64,000 bases of DNA from positions 22,607,168 to 22,671,167 of the forward strand of contig OZ316892.1 of assembly GCA_973895155.1 (NCBI GenBank), written 5' to 3'. Position numbers and translations under genes: made by a program. Below the pieces are notes generated by a model. It made no database searches. It was not told the origin of the DNA and saw only the letters and a program-made list of their open reading frames with translations. Every line of letters begins with the position of its first letter. Within the stretch, counting starts at the first letter, position 1. The stretch is from Marsupella aquatica. Lineage: Eukaryota; Plantae; Marchantiophyta. Of the stretch, positions 59,204 to 64,000 are shown piece by piece.

Positions 59204-62200
59204 ATGGCTTTCGAACAACCGCTCAAGAAAAGGCGACGTTACGAGATGTTCATGACTGAAGAAAATTCACCATCAGTCGAGATCACAGGAAAGATGCCCT
59301 CTCCCATCACTCCTGCCGTAGAGCCAGAGAGTACTCAGCATGGGAAGCAGCAGCAGCAGCCAGAGCGAAGAGTCTCAGGAAACGTGCACCAAGGACCAAA
59401 GTGGGATTTTGCTCCAGATGAGAAGTTGAAGAAGAAGAGAAACCGTGAGGAGATTGGAACGTTATACACGGCGTACCGCCGCCTGAAGTTTCATCTTGCC
59501 CGGCAAGATGAAAGTAATTTCGAACTGAGGCAGGATCTGGAGGTTTCTTACAACGCCTTGCTTGAGCTATCAAATGGTAAGGAGACCATCTGGTTCTGCA
59601 TTGGGATTTTATGCAGTTGAATCATGACTTCCCAGGCATTTGAAGCCAGTTAGGGTTAAGAGGTAGGCCTTCGTCTCGAGCTTGAGAAAAGTCTCAGTAA
59701 GCAATTCTTGAGTTTTCCGAACTTGAAGTCTTCCATGAAGGTTGCCTTGGTATGTCCAGCGTTTGGTAGCCATTCCCTTAGGGCTCTAGAGAAATTCAGG
59801 CATGGACTTGGGCATAATACTCGCAATGATATGAATGTCTGGTATTTCGTAATTATTCAATGTGGGGGAGATTCGACTCAGGAATGCTTATTTATCAAAC
59901 TCCCTACAGCATGAAAGCATGCGAGATCTTTTCTTTGTTTTCACAGTTCTCGTCTGGTGCTCCCACCTCACTTGTTCGTCTCCACAATTCTCCTTAACGG
60001 GCTTCTCATGTGAAAAACGCAAGAGTTATTGTGGCAGTTGACCTATTCTGTATATCTCCCCAGAAGTAGAAGAGATGGGAGAGTAAGTACTTGCGAATTA
60101 AAGGGAGAAGCGCAGATTTTTGGGTCTACTTGCATGATGATGATCTTTGTTTACACCGAAAGGTCTTTATGGACGACAGGGACTGTTTGTTCTAGTCATA
60201 CGTGAGGGGTTTTTTATTCGGGTTTTGTTCTCTACAGGATGCATGAGTGTGCGGCGAATTGCGGCAGAGCTTATTCCTCGGTATGCAGTCTTCTGTCCAT
60301 CAGCTCTGGAAGCAGCCACACAGACCACTTGTCAGCTTTGTGATTGGAGTAGTTCTCTGATATTGCAAGGCGATGATGAGGATGGCATCGCTGTTGCAAC
60401 TGCTGAGGCTTGCTTTTCCGGGTTTGTACACCTTTCAGCAGCAGCGGTCACCAATGCTCCAGAGCAATCAGCATTGGGTGAGGCTTGCACTGCCGTCTGC
60501 CGGAATGTTGCGCTCTATCTCCTCCGCCAGCTGAATGGCAGAGATCTGCTTGCTCCAGTCCTCAAGGAGTTTACGGAATCTTCTCCTGCTGGAGGTGGGA
60601 TGAGTGGATCGGACAAGTTGGTAAGGCTTATCAGTCTGAGTTTGTGCAGAGTGTTGTCGGTTGACCCAGAGGGCGTACTCTCAGCTTGTTTTGACCTTCT
60701 CCGAGTAGCAGACGAGCAGCGACGCCAGGACGGCCTGCATTTCATTGCAGAGATTATGAAGATAATTAACAGTGAAATTCCAGCCCTTCCTAGCTCAGCA
60801 GATGGCAAGGTGGTGGAAGCACCCAAGGTGGCCAGGGCCAAGTTGCCTGAAGTTGAGTCTAAGGAAAATGAAGGTCAACCTGGGAAGTTGGTGGTAACAA
60901 GAAGTTTGGTTGCAAAGGTGTGTGCTCATATGTTTATGTGAAACTTTCTATGCATTACTGTTCAAATCTTTCCGAGGTTTTCCTTTGGGGACTTCCATAG
61001 GCAGGAAACCAAATACGACCTTTGAGAATTCGTAAGAGGGTCACCAGGGTTTTTTTGCCATGTCTGCCATGTGTGTGAAGATGTTACTCGTCGGTCATAT
61101 AACCTCGGTACTATGTCGTATTGCGGAAGATGAGACATTGGAAATAGCCTGGACCATAAATATAATAGGTGGCCGTTTTGCAAGAGGATACTTACATTCT
61201 GTTTCTTACTATTTTTCTCATGAAATGTGGGCAGTTAGTTCATCCAAAGCCTGCTTTGGAAAGGTGGCTGGTATCAGCTGTTCGCCACTTTCGCCGAACA
61301 GTACGTCAGGAACTGGTCAATGAGGTTCTTCCTCTTTTGTTCGAGCTTCTCAAATCCCTCCGTACGTATTCTCCATCTGACTTGGAACTGGACATCGAGC
61401 CGAAGGTTGAAGTGAAGGTCGAAGTAAAGGTCGAAGTGAAAGAGGAGGAGAAACAAGAAAAGACGAGGGCTGTCCCTGCCATTTTTCCGCATGTAATGGT
61501 TGAAGACTCAACTGACCCTCAACATGATGGACGAGCTCAGCCTGGTGGAGCAGAGAAGGTGTCAGGAGCAGCAGATGGAGAAAGCAACCGTTGTAAAGAT
61601 AAGGAACATGGAGTGGCGGTGGCCAAGAAGGAGACAGGCATTAGTCAAGCAGACAACCTGATTGACGTCAAGTGGCATGGAGGGAGAAGAGGTCAAAGAG
61701 ACAATGAAATGCCCAGTGGTGCAGATGGCGAATTGAGGAATACGCAGGACAAAGAGACACCCAATGTGACTAATAAGGAGGAAGTAAGTTTAGATGGATC
61801 ATTGTTAAGCATTCGGACACTAGGAAGAGCCACTGATGGAAGAGAGATAGGGAAAGTGCCGCCAAGTGATGGGGAAGCCTGGTCAAGATCCAACAGTAGC
61901 AATGGAGGCTCAAGGAAAGATCTTACCGTCAACGTGTCTTCTCTGCTCTCTTCCCCTCAGCAACAGCCCCAGCCCCCAACTCCACAGCAAGTATCCTCTC
62001 CTACTCAATTATCAGATGGTGATCCAGCAGCAATGGATGTCTTTGCTGCTTCTCAGCATCTATGGGTTGGAGCACTGGGTCCAGGCGTAACTGAGTCTCA
62101 GCTGAGGTTTCATTTTGAGAAATTTGGTCCATTAGAGAGCGTGTCACTTTTCCGAAGTCGTGACTTTGCGCTCGTGGATTTCCAAAATGTAAGAGACGCA

Positions 62201-64000
62201 GTGAAGGCTCGCGAGGTGATGCAAGGTGCAGTAACCTGGGGAAAGCCAGTGCAAATCAAGTTTTTAGATAAAGGGCTGGGCACTCGTGGAAGTGTGGGAG
62301 GGGTAGCTGTTGGGCGGAGCTGTCATGTATGGGTGGGTGGTATTTCAAGTCAGAATGCGAAGGAGGATCTTTTGAAAGGGGTTACGGGTGCCGGGCTGAA
62401 GGCCCCCCGATCTGTCGTAGCACTCGTGACTGCAAGCGCCATTTTACTTGAATTTGAGGTTCCAGAGGAGGCAACAGCTGTCATGGTACATATTAGGCAG
62501 CGTAGGAAAGAGGGAGGTGTCTATGTTCCCATTAAAGCAGGAGGAACGGAGAGAAGCCCAGCAACAGGTGCATCAAGTACCGGCTCTGTTGAGGGGACGA
62601 ATTCCGGAAACAGGCATCTATGGGTAGGTCGGATTGACGCTTCAATCCGTGAAGAGGAGCTTCTGAGTTCCTTTTCCAAGTATGGGGATCTTACCGGTTG
62701 GAAGTTTATACGTACGAGTGGGTGTTGCTTCATTGATTTCCGGCAGCCAGAGTGTGCAGCCCTTGCTAAGCAACAATTAAATGGGACAAGGTTTGGGATT
62801 CAGTGTATCGTAGTTGAGTATAAAAACACACCTCAGAACAGAACTACTTCTGGCCCTCTGCTTACGTCTCCACCTCATGCAACAGGCTTGCTACACAGCC
62901 CGTCCGTGAGTAGTTCAGGGAGTAGGTTTGGAGGATCTCCTGCCCTCACTGCTGCTTTGAATGCTCTGCAAAGCAAATTGCTAGGATGCTCTGGGTCCGG
63001 TGTGCATCTAGGCAGGTCAAGAAGCAGTCGTGGAGGTGGGCGTGAAGGCAATGAGAGGATACCCACCAATACTCTGTGGATTGGCTTGCCTGATGTGGTG
63101 GGTCCCAATTTCATGAATGAAATAGAAATGAAAAACATCTTTAGTCTAGCAGCCACAGGAGTTGGTTCGGTGACGAAGGTGCGGTGTGCTCGCACCAGTC
63201 GTGGCCCCTGTCGATTTGTAGAGTTCGACCGAGTGGATGCAGCGGCAGCTGCTCTCCGAAATGTTTCAGGAAAACTTGACCCTAGTATTCAAATCGAGTT
63301 CAGGTTGATTTCTTATACTCCCTGCTTGTTCACTTTAGTGCTCGCACCGTCGTGCAAAACAGGGCAACTGGAAATGGATAGCATTTTCTCTAGTGGACTT
63401 GTGGACCTTCAAATCTGGTTTTAATCTTTTCCTTTATTGTATGAGAAGTACTTGTGAACTTGTAACCGATTTTCATCTATAGATTTTCTTTGCTTCCCTA
63501 CCTGACTTTTCAGATCTTGTTTCGGAAATGTGGGAAGTCGTGAGTCACATTTAGGTTGTGTTAAAGGAATCTAGGTCCCATTTTTTTAATATCAGAGTCA
63601 AAGCAATTTAATGTCTACTGTTTGACCATTGATTTTCTTTGTCTTCACAGTAATTCGGCTATTTCAATGCAACAAAGTGAGAATTCACATGTCCATGTGC
63701 CTGCCAATTTGGGGCAGTCTCAAACATCAATGGATGATATGCGTCGACGATCATGGGATTATCAACGTGACAAAGAAAGACCCATAGCTAAGCCAAGGGA
63801 ACGTGAATCAGACGATCCTGCCTCTCCACCTGCTGATCGTGAGGCGTCAGGGACCCCTAATGGTGAAAGCTATCCTATCCATCCGCCTGGGTGGGGTGTA
63901 CCTCCTGAGAAGGAAGCAGTGGACGAGGGTCATAGGAGGGAAGGAAGGTCGCATCCTCCTCGGTCACAACATGATGGCTTAGCTGATACACGGGAAGATA
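59204..64000 (+). CDS. Multi-RRM nucleic-acid-binding protein (AT1G27750-like; Spen/FPA-type RRMs), 3' end beyond the window
   Basis: Exons: 59204-59576, 60238-60917, 61235-63303, 63651->64000 (in frame, open to window end). N-terminus MAFEQPLKKRRRYE, KKRNREEI..LY.AYRRLK, GCMSVRRIAAELIPRYA..CPSALEAA, DGDPAAMDVFAASQHLWVG. Four RRM-like units start HLWVGAL, HVWVGGI, HLWVGRI and TLWIGLP. A C-terminal SPOC domain is expected from the family but is not visible here. Confidence 0.85.

Noticed and set aside
6428-64000. The five genes as a functional cluster (RNA-binding and lipid-related)
   Set aside because: Unrelated functions, mixed orientations and no shared regulatory signature; ordinary eukaryotic gene order.

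Overview
Eukaryotic nuclear DNA from a land plant, most likely a bryophyte (liverwort- or moss-like, inferred from gene content, 100-700 bp GT-AG introns and long UTRs; the species cannot be fixed from sequence alone). Five spliced protein genes were reconstructed by hand with in-frame junctions: (1) a 2875-aa PRRC2/BAT2-type protein (AT3G50370-like, minus, 6428-16033); (2) a 21-exon organellar bacterial-type DNA topoisomerase IA (plus, 22015-30395); (3) a DUF1336/EDR2-C-domain protein with a predicted myristoylated N-terminus (minus, 36456-40659); (4) a multi-pass membrane protein with a C-terminal EEP domain resembling CWH43/PGAP2IP (plus, 51389-55522); (5) a multi-RRM protein (AT1G27750-like, plus, 59204 to past the window end). 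Intergenic DNA holds an intact Tourist-like MITE (17-bp TIRs, TTA TSD), a tRNA-headed SINE candidate, LINE 3' fragments, hairpins and many two-copy tandem duplications. The two most notable observations are the CWH43-like gene (a candidate GPI ceramide-remodelling enzyme with a non-canonical EEP active site) and a ~230-bp diverged inverted-repeat pair (47235-47470 / 57329-57557) that brackets this gene like the ends of a 10.3-kb element. All homology calls come from recalled motifs, not database searches.
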